From the IMG/VR virus record IMGVR_UViG_3300028888_000002: a stretch of DNA of 64,000 nt; one strand, written 5' to 3'. This document shows, one piece after another, positions 48,457 through 57,639 of this stretch. The position numbers and the translations under genes are program-made. The stretch is from a virus. Its lineage: Duplodnaviria > Caudoviricetes. The notes below the pieces were generated by a model. That model saw only the letters and a program-made list of their open reading frames with translations, was not told the DNA's origin and ran no database searches. Every line of letters starts with the position of its first letter. Position 1 is the first letter of the stretch.

Positions 48457-48816
48457 ATGAAAACCTGTGAAGACTCTCTCTATGTGAAGTCAAAGACCCC
48501 ACGCCACAAGGACCGCTATTGGGTATTTGACCTGGCAACTATCAATACCCTGCACCACGGCTTTGAAACGGGCAAGGACGGCAAGCCTATCCCGTTCGTG
48601 GATTTGCCCGACGCACAGTCCAGGGCACGTTTCTACGATACGGAATGTGTCTTTGCTATCTATCGCAAGAACACGAACAAGTTCTACGTCTTGACGCACA
48701 GACAGGTGGTCCAGGCGATTATGGCTCCCGACGAAGTGTCCGATATGCTGAAAAGGATAACTAACACCGTGGACGGGGATAAGTGGTGTCCGTGTCCCGA
48801 CGGTTACGACGATTAA
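48457..48816 (+). CDS. Hypothetical protein
   Basis: AAGGA RBS. Confidence 0.7.
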   Translation: MKTCEDSLYVKSKTPRHKDRYWVFDLATINTLHHGFETGKDGKPIPFVDLPDAQSRARFYDTECVFAIYRKNTNKFYVLTHRQVVQAIMAPDEVSDMLKRITNTVDGDKWCPCPDGYDD

Positions 48817-48834
48817 CCACAAAGGAACAGGACT

Positions 48835-49047
48835 ATGGCAATATGCGAATTTTGCGGGAAAGAAGTCCCCGAAGAAGATACCTACCTTTACGAAATGACC
48901 TGCCCGAACGGTGCGGTGTATTCCCACGACATTTGTCCCGACTGTGCGTCTGCGATTGTCGGGACTGTAAACAAGGTCCGCAGCGAACGCAGCCGTAAAG
49001 TGAGCCAGGAACACTTGTATGATGATATTCCTGGCGAGGTTCTTTAA
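48835..49047 (+). CDS. Zn-finger protein
   Basis: CEFC..CPDC. Confidence 0.65.
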   Translation: MAICEFCGKEVPEEDTYLYEMTCPNGAVYSHDICPDCASAIVGTVNKVRSERSRKVSQEHLYDDIPGEVL

Positions 49048-49062
49048 GCAAAGGAAAACCCT

Positions 49063-49341
49063 ATGAATACAGCAATCTGCATTACAGCAATTATCGTCGC
49101 AGGCATTGTGGCTATTGTCGCATTGTCGCAGTATCACCTTCGTAAGACCACCTGCAAGCACAAGTGGAAAATCATTGATTCGGACGTTAAGGAATTTTAT
49201 AGGGAACGTCCATCATTGAATTACAGCAGTCGCTACAACTTGAAAATCTACACGCTCCAATGTGACCACTGCGGGGAAGTCCGTATGGTTACGGACGAGG
49301 AACTTACGGAGCGTTTCCGCAATAAACTGTCTAACGGCTAG
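49063..49341 (+). CDS. Membrane-anchored Zn-ribbon protein
   Basis: N-terminal TM, CKH..CDHC. Confidence 0.7.
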   Translation: MNTAICITAIIVAGIVAIVALSQYHLRKTTCKHKWKIIDSDVKEFYRERPSLNYSSRYNLKIYTLQCDHCGEVRMVTDEELTERFRNKLSNG

Positions 49342-49344
49342 GAT

Positions 49345-49665
49345 ATGGATATGGCTACACAGATACCCGATATTGCTTTGGAAATTACTTTGTCGTGGTT
49401 GGCACGGTTCAACCGCCACGAATTTTTTACGAAGGAACTTTACAAGAAACTGCCTGCTTACAAGAAAAGCGGTATTAGGCGGGACAAGACCGAAATCCAG
49501 GTGGCGTTTATCTGCAAGGCGTTGCAGGACAGGGGCATTTACACGACACCCTGCGGTATAGCCTGGTGCCACGTATGGGACGACTCCGAAACCGTGACTG
49601 AATACCTGGAACGCTATCAGCCTATCTTTGACGGCTACGTGGCGTGGTGTGCGAAGCAGAGGTAG
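49345..49665 (+). CDS. Hypothetical protein
   Basis: Operon gene. Confidence 0.65.
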   Translation: MDMATQIPDIALEITLSWLARFNRHEFFTKELYKKLPAYKKSGIRRDKTEIQVAFICKALQDRGIYTTPCGIAWCHVWDDSETVTEYLERYQPIFDGYVAWCAKQR

Positions 49666-49668
49666 CGT

Positions 49669-50250
49669 ATGTCCGAAGACGAACTTTACAGACCGCTCAA
49701 CAGCCAGGGAATGAATGTCTTTGACATTATGGAGTTCCACGGAATGACAGGTCCCGTGAAAATTGTCAAGGACGTGTTGGCTGCGAAGAATGCCGAAATC
49801 GCACGGTTGCAGGAACGCAACGGGCATATTGACGACGGCAGGGTGAAACTGTTGGAAGCCCACGCCAGGACCTTGCAGGACACCGTGAACAGCCTGCAAG
49901 CCGACCTGGAACAAGCCCGCATTTTTATCAAGGCTTTGGACGTTACGAAGTTGGTTGCGGAACGTGACAGCCTATCCAGGCAGAATGAAGAACTAATCGC
50001 AGAAGTTGAAGACTACAAAGAGAAGTATTGCAAGTGGCACAATTTTACGCAGGACATTTGCACAGTGTTCGGGGACTCAACCTACACCTACGTGGCTATG
50101 GAGGGTTGGTTGAAGAAAATGTGCGATGCCGACGTTTTGGACCGCTACCTGGCTTTGGCTGACGACGTATGCAAACGCCTGTTGAAAGTCAAGCCCCACG
50201 AATGGGAAGACCCTGTTTGCAAAAAGAGCAAGAGCCTGTGTAGCTTTTGA
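49669..50250 (+). CDS. Coiled-coil protein; N-terminal domain shared with 35113..35574
   Basis: DELYRPLNSQGMNVFDIMEFHG. Confidence 0.7.
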   Translation: MSEDELYRPLNSQGMNVFDIMEFHGMTGPVKIVKDVLAAKNAEIARLQERNGHIDDGRVKLLEAHARTLQDTVNSLQADLEQARIFIKALDVTKLVAERDSLSRQNEELIAEVEDYKEKYCKWHNFTQDICTVFGDSTYTYVAMEGWLKKMCDADVLDRYLALADDVCKRLLKVKPHEWEDPVCKKSKSLCSF

Positions 50251-50369
50251 CGAAAAATAAACTATATTTGTAGTTAAGTGTTTAAGCCTGCGGGTGACTT
50301 CGTTATGTAGGCACCCTTGTCCACCTGCCTAGCGGACATACCCCGTATAGCACACTACCTTACGCAACG

Positions 50370-50402
50370 CCCCTGCGGACTAACACACCGCAGGGGTATT
50401 TT
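50370..50402 (+). terminator. Rho-independent terminator
   Basis: CCCCTGCGG-actaacaca-CCGCAGGGG plus TATTTT. Confidence 0.65.
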
Positions 50403-50422
50403 AATTATTTTACAATTTGCTA

Positions 50423-50451
50423 TTGACAGCTATCGGGTAATTTGTTATATT
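50423..50451 (+). promoter_or_regulatory. Early promoter P9
   Basis: TTGACA-17-TATATT. Confidence 0.85.
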
Positions 50452-50485
50452 TGGGGTAGAAACCACTTAAACCGAGGATAGCTGA

Positions 50486-50680
50486 ATGAACCCACACGAA
50501 CACGCCTTTGAATTTTGCCTGTATATCCAACAGTGCGGACGTGCTGTCGCTGCCCGAAACTTCACCGTCAAGGGCGACGACATTGAAGACGCTGCCGACA
50601 ATGCCGTGGCAAAGGGTATGCGTATCTGTAAGCGTGAGAAATGGAACTACGGGGGCGTGGAATGTTGGGGTATGGTGTGA
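50486..50680 (+). CDS. Small hypothetical protein
   Basis: CCGAGGA RBS. Confidence 0.7.
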   Translation: MNPHEHAFEFCLYIQQCGRAVAARNFTVKGDDIEDAADNAVAKGMRICKREKWNYGGVECWGMV

Positions 50681-50765
50681 CCGCCCCTATCCGCACTTAC
50701 GGAAAATAATCTATATTTCCTGTTGAATAATTTAACCCACGTTGCCGTGGTATTAGGAGTTTAAT

Positions 50766-51623
50766 ATGAAACTAGGCGATGTTTACAAATCGTATGACCT
50801 TGTGCGTGAACGTGCTGCACGGGTGAAGAAAGCCACGGGGCTTGATTGGGAAATCGGTGGTGGCTCCCAGGTAAACCTTTGGGTTACGCTTAATGGCGGG
50901 GACACCCTGTCCGAACAGGCACAGGATGGTATCTGTGCGTCCCTGGTAAAAGTATTTGACAAGGCTGCTCCGAAAGGACTGACGGCTGCGTTGGCAAAAC
51001 AGGGCACTTGGGATAAGGCAAAGATTGGGGCAAGCAACAATCAAGTGTGGTGTGACTTCCCGAATAAGGTTATGAGCCAAATATCCGTGGAAGACTTTGT
51101 TGAACTTTGCGATGCTCTTATGCAGCAGGGTAGTGCTGAAATACAGAAAGTGGCGGGTAAGCCGTCCGAATCCCGTAAGCCTAATTGCTCTATGCAGAAG
51201 AAGAAAGAAAGCCTGCTCAAAAAGACCGAAACGGTTTGGGACGGGGAAGTGCTGACCTTTTCGTTTGACGGTGTGAACGTTATGGTTCACGAATGGTCCG
51301 AAGAAGGCGAGGGTCGCTACGTCCAGGAATACACTATGGACGTTCGTGGTTCGTTCAATGACCTTACGGGTGTTATCAATTTGATTGCTGACAAGGCTAT
51401 CTATGACGACGCTTACAAGAACCCCGATAATTGGACCGTCCTTGACGTTAGCAATGGTTCTGTGACGCTCTCTGCTGCAACTACGCAGGACGAAAACGGT
51501 GACAGCGACCCCGACGGAAACTTTATTGCGGACTTTACCGTAGTTGTGAACTGCACTCTTACGAAGCCTGCACACCAAACTGAAATACACAATGCGTTGT
51601 CCGACGCTAAAATTCAGCTTTAA
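50766..51623 (+). CDS. Two-module putative cargo polyprotein with internal tag B
   Basis: Linker KPSESRKPNCSMQKKKESLLKKTE; AGGAG RBS. Confidence 0.78.
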   Translation: MKLGDVYKSYDLVRERAARVKKATGLDWEIGGGSQVNLWVTLNGGDTLSEQAQDGICASLVKVFDKAAPKGLTAALAKQGTWDKAKIGASNNQVWCDFPNKVMSQISVEDFVELCDALMQQGSAEIQKVAGKPSESRKPNCSMQKKKESLLKKTETVWDGEVLTFSFDGVNVMVHEWSEEGEGRYVQEYTMDVRGSFNDLTGVINLIADKAIYDDAYKNPDNWTVLDVSNGSVTLSAATTQDENGDSDPDGNFIADFTVVVNCTLTKPAHQTEIHNALSDAKIQL

Positions 51624-51643
51624 CGTTTAACCCAGGAATGCGT

Positions 51644-53038
51644 ATGTCTAAATTGACTATCAAGAACAACCCCGTCCAGGAAGCAACTGAACCCGCTGCC
51701 TTTGGCAAGGCTTACCAAGATTTCGTCAATCGTTGTTGGACGGACCATAAGCCTAACTATTCCGTAAACGCAATCAACTTCCTCCTGGACTGTGCCCACA
51801 TTGCCAACGGCACTAGCGTAAAGGGCTTGCCACAGCAGGGCTTCAAACTGACCAAAGCGGGCAACGTGGATATTGTTGGGGACTGCCTGCACTTGTGCTA
51901 TAACGAAGTCAATGGCAAGAAAGCTGTTGATATTTGGCTTAATCCCCATACGCAGAAAGCCCTCGTTGACCTTTACGGCTTCAACCCCGAAGACCCGTAT
52001 AATTCCACGCATAAAGAATTTTCTGCCCGTGACTACACGTCCGATGACTTCTGCGAATTTATTGAGAATTTGCCGAACTACAAGGGCGAATCCAAAACGG
52101 CTGAATCCCGTAAGTTGACTATCCGTGTTCACGAAGCCAAAGAAACCCTCCAGGACCGCTTCGGTTCGTTCCAGGATTTCCAGGATTACTGCAACGGTAA
52201 GGTCCACGATAAACTTGTGGAGCTTCTAGGCGAAGAACAGGGCGACACCTGCTTCCGTGAAATTACTCAACCCGAACTGACCTACAAGGACAAGCGGGGT
52301 CATAAACTCGTCCATAAGAACGACAACCCTACCCATCTTAATGTTCTGCAAGAATGGTGGAAGCAGAATTTTGCTGCCGACGACCTGGACGGCTGCTGCG
52401 ATTCTCTTGCCGATGGCTATGCACAGGACCCGAAACCTATTCGTATCGTTACTCCCCGCAGGGGCAAGGACGTTACGGACAAATGGAAACTCCAACGTGA
52501 ATCCAAAAAGTCCGAAGCTGCCGACGAACAGGTGGAACACGGTGAGGAATGCCACTTGTTCATTGAAGACGACCCGAACTACCAGGTATCGTTCCGCAGC
52601 GATAACGGTCACGTTTACACGTTCTACGTGCGAGCCGACGACCCGCAGGACGCTCTTGACAGGGCATATCACGAATTTGGCGTGAACTACAATATGTCTA
52701 TCAAGGGCGAAGCCCACAGTGAAAGTGACATTCCGCAGGGCGAGGAAGCAGTTGAAGTGGGAACAAAGTATGCCCCGAAGGTGAACGTCGCTGTTGACCC
52801 GTGGGACGGCAAGGGCGTTCGTGTCCTTTATATCCCCGAAATCTATTTGTCCTATATCGTAAACGGGGACCCTAGCGGTATGGAAGAAGAAGACATAGCC
52901 GACTGCGACAAGTTCGTGGACCGCTATGTTAAGAAGGGATATGATATGGCTTCTGTGTTCCCCGTATGCGGACCGCAGGGCGAATGGTGGGACCAAAACG
53001 TTCAAGGCGACGTGCTTTGTTCCACTACGGTTGACTAA
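51644..53038 (+). CDS. Multi-module putative cargo polyprotein (tag A-like start, internal tag A)
   Basis: MSKLTIKNNPVQE-A; KGESKTAESRKLTIRVHE-A; QRESKKSEA; last module IPE.YLSYIVNGD.SG.EEEDI. Confidence 0.78.
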   Translation: MSKLTIKNNPVQEATEPAAFGKAYQDFVNRCWTDHKPNYSVNAINFLLDCAHIANGTSVKGLPQQGFKLTKAGNVDIVGDCLHLCYNEVNGKKAVDIWLNPHTQKALVDLYGFNPEDPYNSTHKEFSARDYTSDDFCEFIENLPNYKGESKTAESRKLTIRVHEAKETLQDRFGSFQDFQDYCNGKVHDKLVELLGEEQGDTCFREITQPELTYKDKRGHKLVHKNDNPTHLNVLQEWWKQNFAADDLDGCCDSLADGYAQDPKPIRIVTPRRGKDVTDKWKLQRESKKSEAADEQVEHGEECHLFIEDDPNYQVSFRSDNGHVYTFYVRADDPQDALDRAYHEFGVNYNMSIKGEAHSESDIPQGEEAVEVGTKYAPKVNVAVDPWDGKGVRVLYIPEIYLSYIVNGDPSGMEEEDIADCDKFVDRYVKKGYDMASVFPVCGPQGEWWDQNVQGDVLCSTTVD

Positions 53039-53062
53039 TAATCCTTGTAACCTATATCCTCA

Positions 53063-53087
53063 AGCCCCGACCACCCGTCGGGGCTTT
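53063..53087 (+). terminator. Rho-independent terminator
   Basis: AGCCCCGAC-cacc-cGTCGGGGCT plus TT. Confidence 0.65.
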
Positions 53088-53118
53088 GTCATACATACAA
53101 AAATTTTCAAAATACCTA

Positions 53119-53147
53119 TTGACAAGAGCCAGGTAATTTGTTATATT
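53119..53147 (+). promoter_or_regulatory. Early promoter P10
   Basis: TTGACA-17-TATATT. Confidence 0.85.
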
Positions 53148-53182
53148 TGTCATAGACAACCACAACAGGCGAGGATAACTCA

Positions 53183-53728
53183 ATGAAATTTACGAAGACC
53201 GCATTCCGTTCCGCTTTCAAGGCGAACAACCAAACCCTTATTTGGAAACTTGCCTTTCTCAAATTGGGTCACACCCCCACGAAGTCCGAAGTGTATGAAC
53301 TCATTATGGACGTGGTGAACCCGATACTGAAAAAGGGTATCGCCTGGGCTATCGCCTATACGTCCTACCGCAAGACCCGCATTAACGGGTTCAACACTAT
53401 CGCCTGGAACAACCGTGGTGCCTACCGTCAGTATGACGTTCACTACTACCGTGCAAAAGCCCTGGAAATGCTCCGCAGGCTCCACACCGAACCGCTCACC
53501 TCCCATACGAAGATTGCCAACTTCGGGCATACGCAGCTTTATTTCTGCTCCCCGACATACGGTCACGCAGATTACAATAAGGTATGCACCTGCCCGCTCA
53601 ACGGTCCCCTGGCTACCGACAAGGACGGGAATCGCTACGACCCGCAGGCTGCGTGGTGCGGTAAGGTCCTTGACCTGTCTAACCGTATCTACAACAAGAA
53701 AAGGGCTGCTTGCAGCAGTGCCGTCTAG
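53183..53728 (+). CDS. Basic hypothetical protein
   Basis: CGAGGA RBS. Confidence 0.72.
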   Translation: MKFTKTAFRSAFKANNQTLIWKLAFLKLGHTPTKSEVYELIMDVVNPILKKGIAWAIAYTSYRKTRINGFNTIAWNNRGAYRQYDVHYYRAKALEMLRRLHTEPLTSHTKIANFGHTQLYFCSPTYGHADYNKVCTCPLNGPLATDKDGNRYDPQAAWCGKVLDLSNRIYNKKRAACSSAV

Positions 53729-53742
53729 TAAAGGAATACCCT

Positions 53743-54090
53743 ATGTGCAAATTCTGTGAAAACACGTCCGTCTTCATTGTGGACCCGTCCTACTTTGACG
53801 ACCTGGAAGACAACCCGAACCAACGCCCCGACGAAAAGCAGCAGATTACGGGATGCTACCCGCTCATAAAGGACGGGGACCCTGGACCGCTGTTCAATCC
53901 CCCGCTAGGGACAATGCTCCGTCGTATGGGCAGCAGCGACGAAGACGGCAGACCCCTGGAAGAAGAGGACCGTGTTGTTTGGTTGGACGGCAACAAACTC
54001 TATGCAGAAACTAGCCGTCGTGAGTATGGCGAACGCTGCGTTGAAATCAAGTTTTGCCCTATGTGTGGCAAGGAACTCAAGAAGGTATGA
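53743..54090 (+). CDS. MC.FC...FCPMCG Zn-binding protein
   Basis: AAGGA RBS; terminal Cys pairs. Confidence 0.72.
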   Translation: MCKFCENTSVFIVDPSYFDDLEDNPNQRPDEKQQITGCYPLIKDGDPGPLFNPPLGTMLRRMGSSDEDGRPLEEEDRVVWLDGNKLYAETSRREYGERCVEIKFCPMCGKELKKV

Positions 54091-54093
54091 CCT

Positions 54094-54354
54094 ATGACCG
54101 ATAAATTTCAAAGAGTATCTACACTTAAAGAAGCGAAAGCCCTGGGTTGCTTAATTCAAAGATTCTACCTGGACCGCAAGCCCGACAAGAAGGGTCGTCT
54201 GCGTTACGTGTATCACTTCTGCACTGAAAAAGGAACACTCCTGGGAATATCAAAAATCGTCACGCAGAAAGCCTCGTCACTTATTTGGCGTAACGACCGT
54301 GCATACTATCTAGGGACCGACGGGAAGCTGCACGGGATTGTCCGTAGCCGTTAA
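54094..54354 (+). CDS. Hypothetical protein
   Basis: Operon gene. Confidence 0.65.
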   Translation: MTDKFQRVSTLKEAKALGCLIQRFYLDRKPDKKGRLRYVYHFCTEKGTLLGISKIVTQKASSLIWRNDRAYYLGTDGKLHGIVRSR

Positions 54355-54406
54355 AACCAGGTTCTTTTCGCAGCCCCTTATATTCACACTTATTCACAAG
54401 GTTACT

Positions 54407-54841
54407 ATGAAACTCACTACAAAGAAATTCTCAAAGGAAACGATTAAGAAATACACCGTCCAAAGCAAGTTACCGCTGTCAAGCCTACAGACTTTGGAAT
54501 GGAACCCGAACCTTAACAAGACGCAGCGTAAGGCTGTCGTGAAAGAAGTCAAGCGTTTGTTGGCAGGCTCCGTCGTGTATTTTAGCGAAGCCCTGCTCCC
54601 CGACAAGACCACAGGCGTTGCCTACCTTACGCCCTTTAACGTATTTTGGCAGGGTAACAGCCTGTGCGTTTCGGGTGAGTTTATCTTTATCCATAAGGAC
54701 AAAGCTGTGCTGTCCATATTCAAGACCTGCGAAACTAACTATGTCATTCCCGAAATCGTGGTCCACACGGTTACTTACCAGGACTTCACCGATATGCTAG
54801 GGAAGCGTTACAAGCAACTCACACCGAAGGCAAAGTTCTAA
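54407..54841 (+). CDS. Hypothetical protein
   Basis: Start moved to ATG 54407. Confidence 0.65.
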   Translation: MKLTTKKFSKETIKKYTVQSKLPLSSLQTLEWNPNLNKTQRKAVVKEVKRLLAGSVVYFSEALLPDKTTGVAYLTPFNVFWQGNSLCVSGEFIFIHKDKAVLSIFKTCETNYVIPEIVVHTVTYQDFTDMLGKRYKQLTPKAKF

Positions 54842-55584
54842 TGGCTAAACGCACCTGGACCGACGAAGAAATTGCCCTGCTCGCACAGCACAAGGTCCCG
54901 CAGGGACGTTCCCTTAAAGCTGCCCGCATTAAGGCGTGGGAGCTGCATATACCGTTCCGTCCGAACGACCCCAACGCAGAACCTACGGTCCCGCCACGGA
55001 ACCCGATACAGGTCCCGACCTGGACCGACGACGACCTGGCTATGCTTCAAGAAAAGGTGCTGCCCCCGAACAGAACCTTGAGTGCTGCATACAGCAAGGC
55101 TAACCGTATGCACGTCCCGTTCAACCGAATCCGAAAGCAGAAGACCCCGCAGAAAGAACGTCTGCTTCTAAAAGGAAAACCCCCTATGCCGAAAGACCCA
55201 ACACGCACTTTTGTAATCAAGTATTACGACGTAACCCGACACGCATTTTGTTACCTGTCCCGAATGTGGTCGCCCGAATGCCCCGACGACCACGCTTCCG
55301 AATATGACCGCAGACCCGAACAGGCTTGCAGGTTCACGTCCGAAGAAGCCCAACACGCTCACGATATACTGCGACAGGAACTTTGCGACAGGAACAGGGC
55401 AACGGACGAAGAACACTTCAATTCCCGTCGCCAATTCTTCTGCAAACTCTATATTGAAGACATTGGTCCAATGGAAGTCCTGGAAGGCGAATCCCAGGCA
55501 TTCTTGGAATGGGTCAAGCGACACCACTCCGAAACGCTCAATAGCCTGCTAACAGATTACCTGCGGTGGAAACAATCCAACTGA
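54841..55584 (+). CDS. Putative DNA-binding protein with two Myb/SANT-like repeats
   Basis: WTDEEIALL..GRSLKAA..KA and WTDDDLAML..NRTLSAA..KA. Confidence 0.65.
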   Translation: MAKRTWTDEEIALLAQHKVPQGRSLKAARIKAWELHIPFRPNDPNAEPTVPPRNPIQVPTWTDDDLAMLQEKVLPPNRTLSAAYSKANRMHVPFNRIRKQKTPQKERLLLKGKPPMPKDPTRTFVIKYYDVTRHAFCYLSRMWSPECPDDHASEYDRRPEQACRFTSEEAQHAHDILRQELCDRNRATDEEHFNSRRQFFCKLYIEDIGPMEVLEGESQAFLEWVKRHHSETLNSLLTDYLRWKQSN

Positions 55585-55606
55585 CACCCACAAAAGGAAA
55601 CTACCT

Positions 55607-55813
55607 ATGTGCGAATTTTGCAAGCCGACTGAAAAGATAAACCAAAAGCCCATAATCACAATAGCGGATGCAGCCGAACAGGAACCGTGTTGCAGTCGCT
55701 ACGGGTATATCGTCACGAACGAAGGTCTGCTGTTCGTTCTTCACGGGGAACACGTAATGTCGGTATTACCCGCCAAGTTCTGCCCAATGTGCGGGGAAAA
55801 ACTAGGGGTGTGA
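55607..55813 (+). CDS. MC.FC...FCPMCG Zn-binding protein
   Basis: Paralog of 53743..54090. Confidence 0.7.
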   Translation: MCEFCKPTEKINQKPIITIADAAEQEPCCSRYGYIVTNEGLLFVLHGEHVMSVLPAKFCPMCGEKLGV

Positions 55814-55838
55814 TAAAATCCAAAGAAGGAAACAAACT

Positions 55839-56210
55839 ATGAGCGAAAACCATTGGAAATCCTTTAATCAATCCCTGCCCGAAGACGGAATACCTATTCG
55901 GGTAAAGGAATCTCCCGCCAAAACGCCTATCCTTATGATACGGCACGGGAAAACCCTAAAATACCAAGTCCAACCCAACGACCCCTGGCAGGGCGTGGGC
56001 GTGTTCACGGAATATGTCTTCTCGCACTGTGTATGGTGCTACGACTCCCAATACACGCCCGAACCCCTACGGGACAACAACCCGCCCATATTCCCGCAGG
56101 AACACTTCCTAAAATGGGTCACAATCCACCGTCCGCAGACGTATAACGAACTGCTCCGTGAATACCACGACTTCTGCAAGGACAACCCCAAAAAGGCTGA
56201 CACGTTATAA
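55839..56210 (+). CDS. Hypothetical protein
   Basis: AAGGA RBS. Confidence 0.65.
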   Translation: MSENHWKSFNQSLPEDGIPIRVKESPAKTPILMIRHGKTLKYQVQPNDPWQGVGVFTEYVFSHCVWCYDSQYTPEPLRDNNPPIFPQEHFLKWVTIHRPQTYNELLREYHDFCKDNPKKADTL

Positions 56211-56226
56211 AAGGAAACACACACTT

Positions 56227-56643
56227 ATGATTTGTGAAAGTATCTGCACCCCGTCAAACATTAACAAGGTCCTTGTCTGTGGCTCCCGCTCAATCACGGA
56301 CACGCCCTGGGTCTATTCCCAAATTGAGAAATATACCCAGGAACTAATCCGCTCAAACCCGACGAACCTTAACAACCCTGTCCTTATAGAAGGCGAAGCC
56401 CGTGGGGTGGACTCCATAGCGAAGGATTATGCCCTGGAGCATAATTGGTCCGTTGAACCCTATCCCGCAGAATGGGACAAATACGGGAAATCCGCAGGAT
56501 ATATCCGAAACGACACTATGGTGAAAGAAGCCGACTTCGTGCTTGTCCTGTGGGACGGTCAGTCCCGTGGGACCAAACACGACATTGACCTGTGCCGTCG
56601 CTACAACAAACCTTACGTCCTGGTAATCTACAAACGCAAGTAA
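56227..56643 (+). CDS. SLOG-superfamily (YspA/DUF2493-like) protein
   Basis: VLVCGSR, IEGEARGVD, PAEWDKYGKSAGYIRN, WDGQSRGT. Confidence 0.85.
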   Translation: MICESICTPSNINKVLVCGSRSITDTPWVYSQIEKYTQELIRSNPTNLNNPVLIEGEARGVDSIAKDYALEHNWSVEPYPAEWDKYGKSAGYIRNDTMVKEADFVLVLWDGQSRGTKHDIDLCRRYNKPYVLVIYKRK

Positions 56644-56658
56644 AGGAACAACACACCT

Positions 56659-56883
56659 ATGAAATGCAATCCAAGTAAAATCCCGTTTCTTCAACCTGTT
56701 TACAGGTCGCATCATTGTCCTAATGGAAATCACAACTACTATGTTATACACTTTTACTACGCCCCCGTAAAACATCTAATCAAGTATGTCAAATGCCTAG
56801 ACTGTGGGTTCCATATGCCATATTCTAGCTTTGAAAGAACGCTTGGAAAGAATATGCCCTACCGTCTGTCCACAGCCTTATAA
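56659..56883 (+). CDS. Small Cys/His protein
   Basis: AAGGA RBS. Confidence 0.6.
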   Translation: MKCNPSKIPFLQPVYRSHHCPNGNHNYYVIHFYYAPVKHLIKYVKCLDCGFHMPYSSFERTLGKNMPYRLSTAL

Positions 56884-56913
56884 CTTGCACTCCAAAAGGA
56901 AACACACACACCT

Positions 56914-57300
56914 ATGAACGAAAAGACCAAACAATCCCTGGACACAGCCAAAGCCGAAAACGGCTCTCTCATTTCCAAAAAGGACTTCGTGGAAGTAATC
57001 AAGGACGTGTTCTCGCCCAAAGACCCGCTCCCGAAATCCGAACCCGCCCCCGAAGAATTTGACAACCCTTACCTCGGCTACGAAATCCGACAGGATGCCC
57101 GAAAGCGTTTTGACGCTAACCCGTTTAGGGTCCTGCTCCAATGGTTCGGTGCCGACGAAGAAAACGGCTACGTCGTCCTGTTCAACCACCTGTTCGGGAA
57201 CGGTGGCACCGCAAAGGACTTGAAAGACATTCTCAAGAAAGTCCACAAGGAACAGGAATACTTCCTGGTGGGCTTACCCGACGGCACCCCGCAATTCTAA
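56914..57300 (+). CDS. Hypothetical protein
   Basis: AAGGA RBS. Confidence 0.7.
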   Translation: MNEKTKQSLDTAKAENGSLISKKDFVEVIKDVFSPKDPLPKSEPAPEEFDNPYLGYEIRQDARKRFDANPFRVLLQWFGADEENGYVVLFNHLFGNGGTAKDLKDILKKVHKEQEYFLVGLPDGTPQF

Positions 57301-57318
57301 AAAGGACAACCCCCGCCT

Positions 57319-57609
57319 ATGCCCCTGTTTATTTCCAAGCAAGCCGAACGGGACTACTACACGCTCTGTCGCACGATGGACCTGGCACAGTTCAAGAACG
57401 ACCGCCCCCTTATTGATTGGTGCGAGCGGTTCCTCGCACTGTTCCGTCCCGTCCGTGAAATCCGAACATCCCTGCTGCTCCCGCACCACCGCAAATTGGA
57501 CTTTGAAGACCTAATCCCGAAACAGCCCCCGCTAATCACGAACGCTGCGTGGCTGCTCCCCGAAGACTTCAAGAAAAAGTATTGGAAGACCTACCCAACC
57601 AAACGCTAG
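57319..57609 (+). CDS. Hypothetical protein
   Basis: AAGGA RBS. Confidence 0.65.
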   Translation: MPLFISKQAERDYYTLCRTMDLAQFKNDRPLIDWCERFLALFRPVREIRTSLLLPHHRKLDFEDLIPKQPPLITNAAWLLPEDFKKKYWKTYPTKR

Positions 57610-57639
57610 TAATTGCCCAATAAAGGAAACAAATTACCT

